Both the position numbers and the translations under genes were made by a program. DNA of 64,000 nucleotides from Octopus vulgaris (lineage: Eukaryota), in assembly GCA_951406725.2 (NCBI GenBank), contig OX597823.1, positions 55,118,001-55,182,000 of the forward strand. The letters are read 5' to 3'. This document shows, in pieces, positions 27,420 through 40,446 of this stretch. How positions within the stretch are numbered: position 1 is the stretch's first letter; each line of letters opens with the position of its first letter. The notes beneath the pieces were generated by a model, which was not told where the DNA came from, made no database searches, and was given only the letters and a program-made list of their open reading frames with translations.

Positions 27420-27790
27420 AATTATTGAATATAGTGCTCAGGTGCACTACAACTTGTCAAAAGTGCGTATAAAGCATATGCAGTAATGTACAAATGTCTG
27501 GAACAGTGCATGAGTCAGATACATGCTTGCGTATGTATGGAGAGGAGAAAATCAGGTGTAGTGTTGGTGAATCTCAGGAAGCATGGAAGTTTTGAAGGAT
27601 GCAGTGCTATGACAACTAACAGACTTCAGGAACTCTTAAAGTGAAAACCTGTTTCCGAAAGTCAGGGGAGCTGTGCCGTTTTCTGACTTTGTAAACATGT
27701 CCAAGGGTGTTAGACAGGTGGAGTTTGAAAAGGTGCTCAGAGTTATTTTAAATTAGTTTTAACCATTTGGCTGCGTAATTAAATTCCATG
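27420..27790 (-). pseudogene. CR1-group LINE 3' end fragment
   Basis: Minus strand reads HLFKLHLSNTLGHVYKVRKRHSSPDFRKQVFTLRV, a CR1-type C-terminus. Its 3' UTR is shared with 51425-51545. Confidence 0.7.
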
Positions 27791-28069
27791 GTCATTCCTG
27801 TAAAGATGTTAATTGTCCACCAAAAAATAGACTTGGTATTTTCTGCTTCTGCTGTACTTTTTCAGTGTCTCTCAAAATATTTGATTACACTTAGTAACAA
27901 CTTTTGTTTTTGGTCACTAAGTGTTATTTCCTATTTGTTTCTATCTAGAGATGAAAGAAAAGGCTGCTACTCCCTTCAAACTTTGCTTTCGTTACTTGGA
28001 CATCAATGTTTTGAAACTGACCTATTTTCCATTAAATTTCAGACAGATTATTCAACATTGAGTTACTGA

Positions 28070-28228
28070 AGCAGAAATATCATTACAACAAATATTCGGC
28101 TTAATACCACAAATTTGCTTGTCAGTTGCTTGAGCTTAACCAATAAGTGCATCTCTGATAATAAGCAGGAATAGTGAGGGAGCATCATAACCATATGTTG
28201 AGACGGATTCTTTGAAGTTGGAATAAAT
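28070..28228 (+). mobile_element. Old fragment of the TAA-associated element
   Basis: AATACCACAAATTTGCTTGTCAGTTG and GGAGCATCATA.CCAT.TGTTGAGA match 13660-13825. Confidence 0.7.
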
Positions 28229-29082
28229 ATAGCGAAAGCATATTTCGAAGGCCATTTTCCATACTTTCTAGGGGTGAGCAAATAGGACATATCAGTTGGT
28301 ACTCAATGTCAAAAATCGTGTTACACAGTGTTAATGTTCTGTAAAGAGATACGAAGGAATATGAGAAAATCTGAAAAACTATCTTTTGTAAAAGGCATCA
28401 TTGGAGGTGTCTCCGCTTCCTGCAGTATAAGGAGAGGGATTTTCTTTGTTTCAAAGTCTTTGGATAAAGACTTTCCGCAGTTAACGGTAATATAATTTTG
28501 ATCGGATATATCCGCTTTCGGCGTTCAAAAGGTTGAAATACATTCTAATAACTGGATTATTAAGAAAATTAAAATTTCGGCAAGTCAGACTAACACAAGA
28601 TTCGTTATCATTGCTTTAGACAGTTTTTCAGTCCTCTTGAAACTGTAGCCTCAAATCTCGCTGAAATCATGTCCTAGTGGCTGAAATCTCGCTGAAATCA
28701 CGTCCTACCGTCCTAAATAAAGAATAATATATTGGACAAGTTTGTCCCTGATATCGGATGATCACTGACTCGCTACGGTTATTTAATGGGTACTGACCTG
28801 TGGCTAAACAACAACGAAAACAGAAAAAGCTACATAGATAAATCGAACGTTTCAATCAAATACAGATAATCTTTCTGTGATCCTTTACGAACAGAAATTG
28901 TAATTTCTACTCCACAAAAGATAAAGATTGTTATTGTTGGTGTTTAGCCCTGGGTCAGCTCAGATCGAGGAAATCTATGGTTAAAGGTGTAGCAGCTATC
29001 ACCACTTTTCCTTATCTTGATCATTACGTATTTATGACTAAATTATTCAAAGGCGTCCTTTCTTTTCTGGAGCGATAGTGTG

Positions 29083-29500
29083 CAGGTGCAGGTGTGACTG
29101 TGTGGTAAGAAGCTTGCTTCCCAACCACCTGGTTCCAAATTCAGTTCCATAGCATGGCACCTTCGGCGAGTGTCTTCTACTATAGTTTTGGGCTGACCAA
29201 AACCTTGTGAGTGGGTCTGGTAGACAGAATCTGAAAGAAGCCCATCATATATACATATTTATGTGTGTGTGTGTGTGTGTGTGTTTCCTTGTGCCTATGT
29301 TTGTTCCCCATCATCGCTTGACAACCGGTGTTGGTATTTTTATGCTCCCGTAACTTAGCAGTTCGGTAAAAATCTGATAGAATAAGTACTAGGCTTAAGA
29401 AATAAGTCTTCGGATCGAATTGTTCGACTAAAACCCTTCAAGGCGGTGCTCCAGCATGGCCGCAGTCATATGACTGAAACAAGTTAAAGAATAAAAAGAA
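29083..29500 (+). mobile_element. SINE family B, full length
   Basis: Head, CORE-like block, microsatellite and tail as at 2240. Confidence 0.85.
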
Positions 29501-30243
29501 TACCGTTTACTTTTCACCTAAACTACATTTCAAGATCAAATGTGCACTTCATCTTTTTATGAGGGGAGACTTAAATTTGGGAGAGATATGGCTGTTAGTT
29601 TTAGCAGGACATACGATCGTCAAGACCGCCCATATATATTGGCATTGAATTTCTTTCATATTATTCGTGAAGAAATGAACATGAATTGACTGTTTCCTTC
29701 AAAGGTTTTATGTTTCCCGCAACTAAAATTCCATTATATGAATTCAGTTCCTGTTTAGAACCATTTCATATTCACAGTTAAAGACTCTGGGAATTAGAAG
29801 ACCATCCCGACTTACACACACTTCTTTAAAAAGTTTGTACCTTTTTTCGTTTAGTCAAAATAAAACCAATATTAGGCACTAGTGTGAGATGTGATACTGA
29901 ATTAGCAGATGGAACCGTGTATACGTGGTTAACTGTGAAATTCTACTTTAGATAGTAAATAGAATGGTATGGAGGTAGGTTTGGAAATGGTATTGTAGAA
30001 TGAACTAGAGAATTGATATTCCAGTGTCTTGTATATATATACATTATAAATGAATACACATTGTTAGAGGAAACAAGCTTATTGATGTAGACAGATTGAT
30101 TACTAGATCAATACATGGGTCAATAGACAAAGAGACAGATGGGTGGACAGATGAAGTAGAGAGAGAGACAGATAGATATATAGATTTATAGATTGAGTAA
30201 CAAATATACCTATAGATAGACAGACAGATAGATAGACATATAG

Positions 30244-30301
<58 letters not shown>

Positions 30302-30450
30302 ATACAGGGAATGGAAAGATGATTAAAGAGAGTGAGACAGAGAGGCAATGGAGAGAGAAAGAGAAATTGAATTATGTCATTATTTGCCTTGCGTTATACA
30401 TTTTCCAGCGTTTGCACACCTTCGACTTGCACTTTATATATATATGCATA

Positions 30451-30488
<38 letters not shown>

Positions 30489-30496
30489 CATGTAAG

Positions 30497-30549
<53 letters not shown>

Positions 30550-30608
30550 TCATATATGTATATATATATACATGTATATATACATATGTATACATATATG
30601 TATATATA

Positions 30609-30679
<71 letters not shown>

Positions 30680-30759
30680 TATATGTATATATATATGTAT
30701 ATGTATATGCATATATATGTATATATGTATATATATATATATATATGTACATATTTATG

Positions 30760-30814
<55 letters not shown>

Positions 30815-30968
30815 AGGTATAAATAATGGTCATTACACACACACACACACACACATTTATATATACATAAACGCATGCATAATACAAAAGTATCTATGTG
30901 TATGTGTGTTTGTGTGTGTGTAGAAAGAACGTGTCCGTGTGTGAGTTATTTCTGTAATTACATATAAT

Positions 30969-31036
<68 letters not shown>

Positions 31037-31283
31037 CATAGCAATACATGACTATGGTATGTATTTATTAATTTTATTTATTGTGAATTATTGCAGCAGA
31101 AAAGTGTTATCAATACTTGTAGGTTTTTGGAAACCATCTTACGTAAACCTCCGAGGAATGACAGGTGTATAAACGTAAGAGTTTAAATTCAAATGTGTGT
31201 TTGTGTGGTGTGTGTATACATACCACTACGCACATATACATATACACACACACACATACATATATGCATGTGTGTTTATGTAC

Positions 31284-31328
<45 letters not shown>

Positions 31329-32180
31329 TGGACATACGCGCACATATACACACACATATATAAATGGAACAGCATATAACTAGCACGAGGTTTTAAAAAA
31401 AAACTAGAAACGAATCAGTTTTTATTAATTATTCATTTAAATTTCGCCCAATCGATAAAGAAAGATTAATTTTTATGAAGAACAATTTGATCAGTACAAT
31501 TAATTCGTATATCAAATTACAATTAACTAAAATTATATAGTTGTTATTCTTATTTTGTTTCAATATTCTGATTATATTAATAAAAAAAAAAGTGGTTAAA
31601 ATTCAGTTAATAATTTGCTTGAAAATTGAGTTAATTAATTCTTAAATACATTTTGCGAAAGCATTTTTTTTTCTTTTTTGATTAATCGCAATTTTCGCTC
31701 TCCAGTCGGTTAGTAATTAGGAAACATCATGTCACCGTTTTGTAAAGGTTTTCTGCTCAACCGAATATAAAGCGGTAGAGCGCTTCAAAGTTATCTCCCC
31801 TATTACTCTCCTGATGAGCTTTGCACGAAGCCAAACATTAGGTTCAGTGTCTGGAAATGTTTATTAAATATTGTCTTTAATGTTTAGTTATATTCAGGGA
31901 TCGTAATCACACTGCACAAAATGCCCAGCGGCATTTCTTCCGGTTTTGCGTTTCTAAATTCAAATTCCACAGAGATTGACTTTGTCTTTCACTCTTTCGA
32001 AGTCTATAAAATACATCAGTTGAGTAGCGTGATCGAGATAATCGACTTGACCCTATCCCAAAACTTACTGGCCTCGTGTCAAAATTTTGAATCCAATATT
32101 TTATATTAAGGCGAAGAGCTTGCAGAATCATTATCACATTGGTAAAATAATGCTTAGCGGCATCTATTCCGGCTTTACGT

Positions 32181-32523
32181 GAAGGCGTATGGCTCAGTGG
32201 TTAGAGCATCGGGTTCACAATCATAAGATAGTGAGTTCGATTCCCGGATCGGGTTGTGAGCTGTGTTCTTGAGCAAGACACTTTATTTCACGTTGCTCCA
32301 GTTCACTCAGTGGTAGAAATCAGTTGCGACGTCACTGGTGCCAAGCTATATCAGCCTTTGCCTTTCCCTTGGATATCATTGGCGGCATAGAGAGAGGAGG
32401 CTGGTACGCATGGGTTACTGCTGGTTTTCCATAAACAACCTTGCCTGGACTTGTTCCTCGGAGGGGAAATTTCTAGTTGCAATCCCATGGTCATTCATGA
32501 CCGAAGGGCGTCTTTACTCTTAC
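32181..32523 (+). mobile_element. tRNA-derived SINE family C (CORE-like), inserted into a family A copy (32108-32660)
   Basis: A box TGGCTCAGTGG, B box GTTCGATTCC, TGTGTTCTTGAGCAAGACACTTT. The family A sequence resumes at AGTTCAAATTCCGCC. Confidence 0.85.
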
Positions 32524-32813
32524 ATTCCAAGTTCAAATTCCGCCGGAGTCGCCTTTACCTTTCACGCTTTTCAGGATTGCTAAAATATGTACCAACTGAG
32601 TACCAGGGTCAAAGTAATCGACTTGCTCAATACCCCAAAATTTCAGGCCTTGCGTCTATTGCAGAAAGAACTATTCATATTTTTTTAGTAATTAGACTGC
32701 GGTCATGCTGGGACACCAGCGGGAAAAATTTTAGTCGGACAAATCGACTACAGAGCTTATTTTTTAAAGCCTGGTACTTATTCTATCGGTCTCTTTTGCC
32801 GAACTACTAAGTT

Positions 32814-33794
32814 ATGAGAATTGCAAAAACCAGCAAAGCATTTGGAAGGCTTGAAAGTTGTGTGTGGTCAGATAGAGATATCACCTTCAAAACGAAGCTT
32901 AGTATCTATGAATCTTGCATTTTAATGGTCCTCCTGTACTCTTCTGAGACCTGGACGACATATCGGCGTCACATGAAGACTTTAGAAAGATTCCACCAGA
33001 CTTGCCTAAGGCGGATACTAGACATCAAATGGAAGTCTTTAACACCAGACACCGTTGTTCTTCAGCAAGCTAACACATTCAGTATTGAAATGATCCTCAT
33101 ATGCAATCAGATGCGTTGCGTTGGGCACCTTGCTAGGATGCATGATGACAGGTTGCCAAAGGCGGTGAGCTGGCAGAATCGTTAGCACGCCGGGCGAAAT
33201 GCGTAGCCATATTTCGTCTGTCGCTACGTTCTGAGTTCAAATTCCGCCGAGGTCGACTTTGCCTTTCATCCTTCCGGGGTCGATTAACTAAGTACCAGTT
33301 ACACACTGGGGTCGATATAATCGAATTAATCCGTTTGTCTGTCCTTGTTTGTCCTCTCTGTGTTTAGCTTCTTGTGGGTAGTAAAGAAATAGGTTGCCAG
33401 AGCAGTTGTTTTACGGGGAGTTGCAGCGTGGCAAGCGTCCGAGACATAACCTTAAGAAACGTTTTAGGGACTCTGTCAAAAGCAACCTTAAGGCTCTTAA
33501 TGTGCAAGTTGAAGACTGGGAGCAGATGACGTAAGATGGATCGGTTTGGAAACAAATGATCTGCAATAGATATAAACCATTTGAAGCTTGAAGAATTGAA
33601 CATTCTATCTTGAAATAAGCACTTCGTAGACAGGATTTAACTACAGTCCCAGACACTTTTCTGCTTTAAAATACTTGTAAGATCTGCAGTAGAGTTTGCT
33701 TGTCAAGTGCAGGACTTGCTAGTCATATAAGATCTCATGAAAGTATTTATCAATTGAAGAGATGGCTTTCTTCTGTAAAGAAGCGGCAATCATC

Positions 33795-33797
<3 letters not shown>
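32814..33797 (+). pseudogene. RTE-clade LINE 3' fragment, split by a SINE
   Basis: KAFGRL..VW..TKLSIY..LLYSSETWT..RFHQTCLRRIL..GHLARM.DDRLPK | QLFYGEL..GKR. C-terminal C2H2 CKICSRVCLSSAGLASHIRSH. Confidence 0.9.
33161..33390 (+). mobile_element. SINE family A monomer (tail type 1) with TSD
   Basis: TSD AGGTTGCCAAA (33150-33160) / AGGTTGCCAGA (33391-33401). Removing the SINE restores the RTE reading frame. Confidence 0.9.
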
Positions 33798-33827
<30 letters not shown>

Positions 33828-33941
33828 TGTATGTATGTATGTATGTATGTATGTATGTATGTATGAATGCATGTATGCATGTATGCATGCATGCATGTAT
33901 GTATGTATGTATGTATGTATGTATGCATGCATGCATGTATG

Positions 33942-33975
<34 letters not shown>

Positions 33976-34093
33976 TGTATGTATGCATGTATGTATGTAT
34001 ATATGTATGTATGTATGCATGTATTTATGTATGTATATATGTATGTATTTATGTATTTATGTTTGTATGTATATGTATGTATGCATAAATATG

Positions 34094-34154
<61 letters not shown>

Positions 34155-34238
34155 ACATATATATACATATATATAAATAAATAAGTATATATATATGTAT
34201 ATATATATATATATGTAAAGCATGTAGTTCATATTTTA

Positions 34239-34603
34239 ATTGCGCTCAACAACAGCTTCATTACGATAAACATCATTACATGTATAATTACATAATTATG
34301 TGATACATAATAAATTAATTTCAATTAAATTAATTTAAATTAAATTAAATTAAAAGTTATGTTTACCGAAATCATCATGAATGTTGTTACGTTAATCAGT
34401 ACACCATAATCGGTGTAAATGTTCTCAGAAAAAGAAACCTCGAAAACGAGGAGGACGAGAAGGAGGAGGAGGAGGAGGAGGAGAAGAAGAAGAAGAAGAA
34501 GTCTAACTCTAAATAATGATGCACAGTACAAACATACCTACACATGCATATGCGTAGATATACATATATACATACACAATTATACAAACACACATCTATG
34601 TTT

Positions 34604-34645
<42 letters not shown>

Positions 34646-34700
34646 CATATACATATACATATGTTATATATGCGTGTATATAAATATGTACTATATCTAC

Positions 34701-34772
<72 letters not shown>

Positions 34773-35059
34773 GTATATTGGCTCACATATGCATCGTTCA
34801 TCTATATGTAGATTTAGATTTCTTCCTCTTCTTCTTCTTCTTCTTCTTCTTGATGTTTTTCTTTCTCGAGGTATTTATATCTGTGACAATGTTGTTATTA
34901 AGATAACTCAGCATTTCTGATGATTTGGGAAAGCACCGCCTTTTCAAGTAATTAGATTTAAATTTATCTGATTTAAATTAATTAATTATCCTATGCATTA
35001 CAATTATGTAATTACACATTATAGATGTTAATATTAATGAAACACCCGTTGAACACAAT
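34239..35059. repeat. Diverged inverted repeat pair (~300-bp arms) around a (TA)n-rich spacer
   Basis: Colinear inverted matches: ATTGCGCTCAAC/GTTGAACACAAT, TAATTACATAATT/AATTATGTAATTA, AAATCATCA/TGATGATTT, (GAA)n/(TTC)n. Confidence 0.65.
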
Positions 35060-35437
35060 GCATGAAATTTTTTCGTCCTGCTTTCTACTTCTCAAGAATA
35101 TTTTAAACGATTATGTATATATATGCCAGTAGGTCCAAGTTGGATTTACTGTAACGTACTAAACTGATTATATTTATACATACATACATACTTACATACA
35201 AAAATACCTGTTGATGGTGTTGAAATTCCGATGAAGGAGCCTTGGATCCAGGTTAGAAACCGACTCTTTCTCTATTGGCATGAAAACTTGAAATAAAGCC
35301 AAATAATGACATACATACATAAATATATAGATGCATACATACATACATTCATACATACATACATACATACATACATACATACACATACATACATACACAC
35401 ACACGTATATATATATGTATATATATATATACACACA

Positions 35438-35639
35438 CAAAAGTAGGTTTACAGTATTTCAACTATCTCTTTCGTATTCATATATCCACAGTTTAGATCT
35501 TAATTATACAAAAATATGAAACCATTATTCTATGCTAATTTAGTTAATCGTCAGATAGAAACTTAAATGTAATAAAATGTTTTAAAAGTAAGTTAAAGTG
35601 CCTACGTGATAACTGTAAACCTACTTTTGGGCTACCATG
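35438..35639. mobile_element. Tc1/mariner-type MITE
   Basis: Perfect 18-bp inverted repeat CAAAAGTAGGTTTACAGT / ACTGTAAACCTACTTTTG. The right end ..GGCTACCATG is followed by TA; the left tip is eroded. Confidence 0.7.
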
Positions 35640-36548
35640 TATATATATATATAATATTTTTTTACGTATGTATGTATAAATATAATTATAGTTAAGAGCA
35701 ACTGGAAATATCTAGCGCCTGTGCTAGAAGTAGATGTCTTATCAAATACCTACAATCCACTCTAAAATTTGTTCTCTTTATATATATTTGTTCTCTCTAT
35801 ATATTTAATAGAAACATGTAGACTTATAGAAAAAATGATAAACATGTAAAATTAATAAGACGAGAAAGCCCATCTGATATTTCGGCATGAAAATGCTTTT
35901 CTCAATGTTCTAGAGAGAATATGAAATATATTCCAATCATGATGAAATCTGTGATGTTCTTAGAATATCATTCCAATCTTATAATGTTTCTTTGTCTTTG
36001 TAGTTTCCCGTAAGAGATGAAAATCCCTTGCTTGACTTCACTAAGAAAACATAATATGCCTTAGCATATTGAATAAAGCAGTACGTTTTTGTTAATAAAG
36101 ACATTTCCTAGGTCTTTTGAAGAATTTGTTAATTCGAATTGGTGGCAGTAAACGTTTTTGTTATTCGTGTTATATTGTTTGGCATTCATATTTTATTCAT
36201 TTAACAGAATTTCTATAACGCCAAACAATGCGTTTTCCTATTTAATTTTGTTATGTAATTCAGCTTAACAAGTTGAGGTCAGTGGAACTGAGAAGAGGAA
36301 AGAGATCGGTGAAATCCCTATGAGAGAGGTTTTATTTACGAAAACATTTACTGTTCGAATCAACAAGTATCAACAAGAAGTGAGATTTTGATTGCTAAAG
36401 CATATCATATCTTCTCAATTCTTCTGTCAATTTAGGGACTTTCAATTCGCGGACAAAGGCGAGGGATAGAGATAGAGATAGAGATAGAGAAAGAAGGAGA
36501 GAAAAAGAGAGAGAGATAGAAAGAGTGAAAGGGAATAAGAAAGATACA

Positions 36549-36713
36549 GGCGCAGGAGTGGCTGTGTGGTAAGTAGCTTGCTAACCAACCACATGGTTCC
36601 GGGTTCAGTCCCACTGCGTGGTATCTTGGGCAAGTGTCTTCTGCTATAGCCCCTGGCCGACCAATGCCTTGTGAGTGGATTTGGTAGACGGAAACTGAAA
36701 GAAGCCTGTCGTA

Positions 36714-36756
<43 letters not shown>

Positions 36757-36960
36757 ATGTGTTTGTGTGTTTGTCCCCCTAGCATTGCTTGACAACCGAT
36801 GCTGGTGTGTTTACGTCCCCGTCACTTAGCGGTTCGGCAAAAAAGATCGATGGAATAAGTACTGGGCTTACAAAGAATAAGTCCCGGGGTCGATTTGCTC
36901 GACTAAAGGCGGTGCTCCAGCATGGCCGCAGTCAAATGACTGAAACAAGTAAAAGAGTAA
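36549..36960 (+). mobile_element. SINE family B, near-consensus copy
   Basis: Complete head, CORE-like block, microsatellite and tail CAGTCAAATGACTGAAACAAGTAAAAGAGTAA. Confidence 0.9.
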
Positions 36961-37467
36961 TACAGGGAAGGAGAAATAAGGAGAGAGAGAAGGCAATAAT
37001 ACCCAATATGATGTTCTGTAGTTATCGAAGGTTCCACGTTCCATCATGATAACAATCTATTTGTTATATCTATGCATGCGTGTGTGTGTATATGTATGTA
37101 TCTGTGTGTGTATGTGTGTATTATTTATATATGTGCTTATATAGATATAGATATACATGTATATGTATATATATATATGAAAATATATATGCATGTGTAC
37201 GCATATATATTTATACAGTTTGGTCTCCTTATTTCCGATATTTAATGCAAAACCATACTTAGATAAATATAAACATACGTATATATATTTATATATATGT
37301 GTGTGTGTGTGTGAGTGAGTGTATACATGGACGCATGTATAGGTACACATACACATACACACGTATAAGAAACCAGCATATAAGAAAGGAGTGTAAATGC
37401 TCAATTAAGTCCATTCATCGCACTTGTGTTAGAATAAATACGTCTTTATCCCAAATTCGTGTGTTGC

Positions 37468-37499
<32 letters not shown>

Positions 37500-37872
37500 C
37501 ATGCTTAACATTCACGCAATATGTGTTGGTAACGAACAAAGAAAGAGGTACCTAATATCACAAAACAGTATTAATTTGATTTGATCGGCTGTAACAAGCA
37601 CTAACAACAACAACAACAACGAGATTTCTCTGCGTGGGCGTAAACGCCATTCGTCAGATCTCATGATGGAATGTGTGTGTGTGTGTGTGTACGCGTGCTT
37701 TTGTTGCATGTGCCTATGTGTATTCTTTTATGATCATGCTGGTTTCATTCACTGGACACACTGACCATGCTGGGGCACCTCTTCATGTACACTCATACAT
37801 GTAAACTATACATATATATACATATATATAAATACATGCATACATACATACATACATACATGTATATATTCA

Positions 37873-38235
37873 TTTCTACTCTAGGCCCGAGATTTTTAGG
37901 GAGGGGGCCAGACGATTACCTAATTTATCGACCTCGAAAGGATGAAAGGCAAAGTCGACCTCGGCGGAATTTGAACCCAGAATGTAAAGACAGACGAAAC
38001 ACCTATTTCTTTACTACCCACAAGGGGCTAAACACAGAGGGGACAAACAAGGACAGACAAACGGATTAAGTCGATTACATCGACCCCAGTGCGTAATTGG
38101 TACTTAATTTATCGACCCCGAAAGGATGAAAGGCAAAGTCGACCTCGGCGGAATTTGAACTCAGAACATAACGGCAGACGAAATACGGCTGCGCATTTCG
38201 CCTGGCGTGCTAACGGTTCTGTCAGCTCGCCCACC
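37873..38235 (-). mobile_element. SINE family A dimer
   Basis: Two cores joined by CAGACGAAACACCTATTTCTTTACTACCCAC. Confidence 0.85.
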
Positions 38236-38359
38236 TCGCCACCTTAGATACATACATACATGCATATATTATATATACATAAACATCTGTGTGTATATAT
38301 ATGTGTGTGCGTGTGTGTGTGTGTTAGTGTGTTTGTGTGTATATCTATGTAAGCACGCA

Positions 38360-38410
<51 letters not shown>

Positions 38411-38679
38411 ATATCTATATCCATATACACGTGCACTCACGTATTAACACACGTACCATTATGTACTTGTGTGTGTGTTTTGTGTGTGCGTCTGTGTATA
38501 GGTGTGTGTGTGTATGTTTGGATGCGTGTGCGTATTTATGCATATCTATATTTAGTTGTTCATTCAGTTGTAACATACAAGAACATGTAATCGATTAGAA
38601 CTCTCCCTCCAGAGAATGAAAAGTAAACTTTTCTCATAACAAAGTTGCAGAGAATTAAATAATTTAATCAGTATTCTCC

Positions 38680-38944
38680 TCCCTTTCTCTCTTTCCTTCT
38701 TTCTTTCTTTCTTTCTTTCTGTTTTCTGTCTTTCCTTCTTGCTTTTACCCTCTTCCTCTTTTCCTTCTATTTCTGTATTATATCTTCGTTCTTCTTTTTT
38801 TCCTTTCTTCCTTCCTTTTTCTTTCCTTATTTTTTCTTTGCCACTTTTAGTTTTCAGTTTTCTGTTTCTCTTTCTTTCCTTCTTTCTTTCTTTCTTTCTT
38901 CCTTTCTTCCTTCCTTTCTTTCTTTCTTCCTTTCTTTCTTTTTT

Positions 38945-38982
<38 letters not shown>

Positions 38983-38993
38983 TTCCTTCCTTC

Positions 38994-39044
<51 letters not shown>

Positions 39045-39049
39045 ACTTC

Positions 39050-39080
<31 letters not shown>

Positions 39081-39161
39081 ACTTTCTTACTTCCTTCCTT
39101 TCTTCCTTCCTTTCTTTCTTTCTTTCTTTCTTCCTTCCTTTCTTCCTTCCTTTCTTTCTTC

Positions 39162-39210
<49 letters not shown>

Positions 39211-39290
39211 TTCCTTTCTTTCTTCCTTTCTTTCTCCTTTTGTATTTTTCCTTTTGCTCGTTCCTACCAGTTCCACTTTCTTTCATTACT
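38680..39290. repeat. ~600-bp polypyrimidine (TTTC/TTCC)n tract
   Basis: Read directly; it accounts for the KERK-rich and SFFL-rich ORFs. Confidence 0.95.
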
Positions 39291-39599
39291 TAATTAATTA
39301 ATTAATTATTTAATTAATTCATTCATTCATTCATTCAATCATTCTTTCTTCCTACCATACTTTCATTCTTCCTTTCTTCCTAACTTAACGCTAATTATTA
39401 CTGGGCGAAATCGATCACGTGACGAGTTTTCTGTATTTTTTTTATCGATCCTATTGACTTAACACTTTGTTGGAGTTTCAGTCGAAGGATTTACTATAAA
39501 TCAATCACAGGAAATGAGTTGAAAGACGAAACAATTGATCAGGTTGGAGTGGGTGGGGCTGCTTAAGGTGGGAGAGAATATCACTAAAACTTTGACTCA

Positions 39600-39955
<356 letters not shown>

Positions 39956-40103
39956 ACAACAGCAACAGCAGCAGCTGCAGCAGTAACAGTTACATAGCTA
40001 TACACATACATAAGCGAGCCAACGAAGGAACATCTATTTTATACGCGGTTGCTAGACATAACAGTTAAATCTACGCCAATTTACACACTCCTATTTTAGA
40101 ATA

Positions 40104-40446
40104 GTGAAGGCACATGGCTCAGTCATTAGAGTGCCGGGTTGTCATGAGATAGTGAGTTCGATTCCCAGGCCAAGCTGTGTGTTGTGTTCTTGAGCAAGAC
40201 ACTTTGTTTCACGTCGCTCCAGTTCACTCAGCTGTAGAAATGGGCTGCGATGTCACTGGTTCCAAACTGTAACGGCCTTTCCCTTGAGTAACATCGGTGG
40301 TGAAAAGATGGGAGGCAAGTATGCATGGACAGCCGCTGGTCTTCCATAAAGCAACGTTGCTCGGATTTGTGCATCAGAGGGTAACTTTCTCGGGGCAATC
40401 CCATGGTCATTCATGACCGAAGGACGTCTTTATCGTTTACCCTTTT
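40104..40446 (+). mobile_element. SINE family C with TSD
   Basis: Aligns with 32181-32523. TSD TATTTTAGAATA / TATTTTAGAAAA. Confidence 0.85.

Noticed and set aside
34912-34940. CTGATGA-TTTGG-GAAA
   Set aside because: The spacer is too short for stem II, and there is no stem III or cleavage triplet.
37621-37662. Minus-strand CTGACGA plus GGCGT/ACGCC hairpin
   Set aside because: GAAA is not adjacent to stem II; two deletions would have to be assumed.
38564-39293. 240-aa KERK-rich and 184-aa SFFL-rich ORFs
   Set aside because: These are translations of the (TTTC)n tract.
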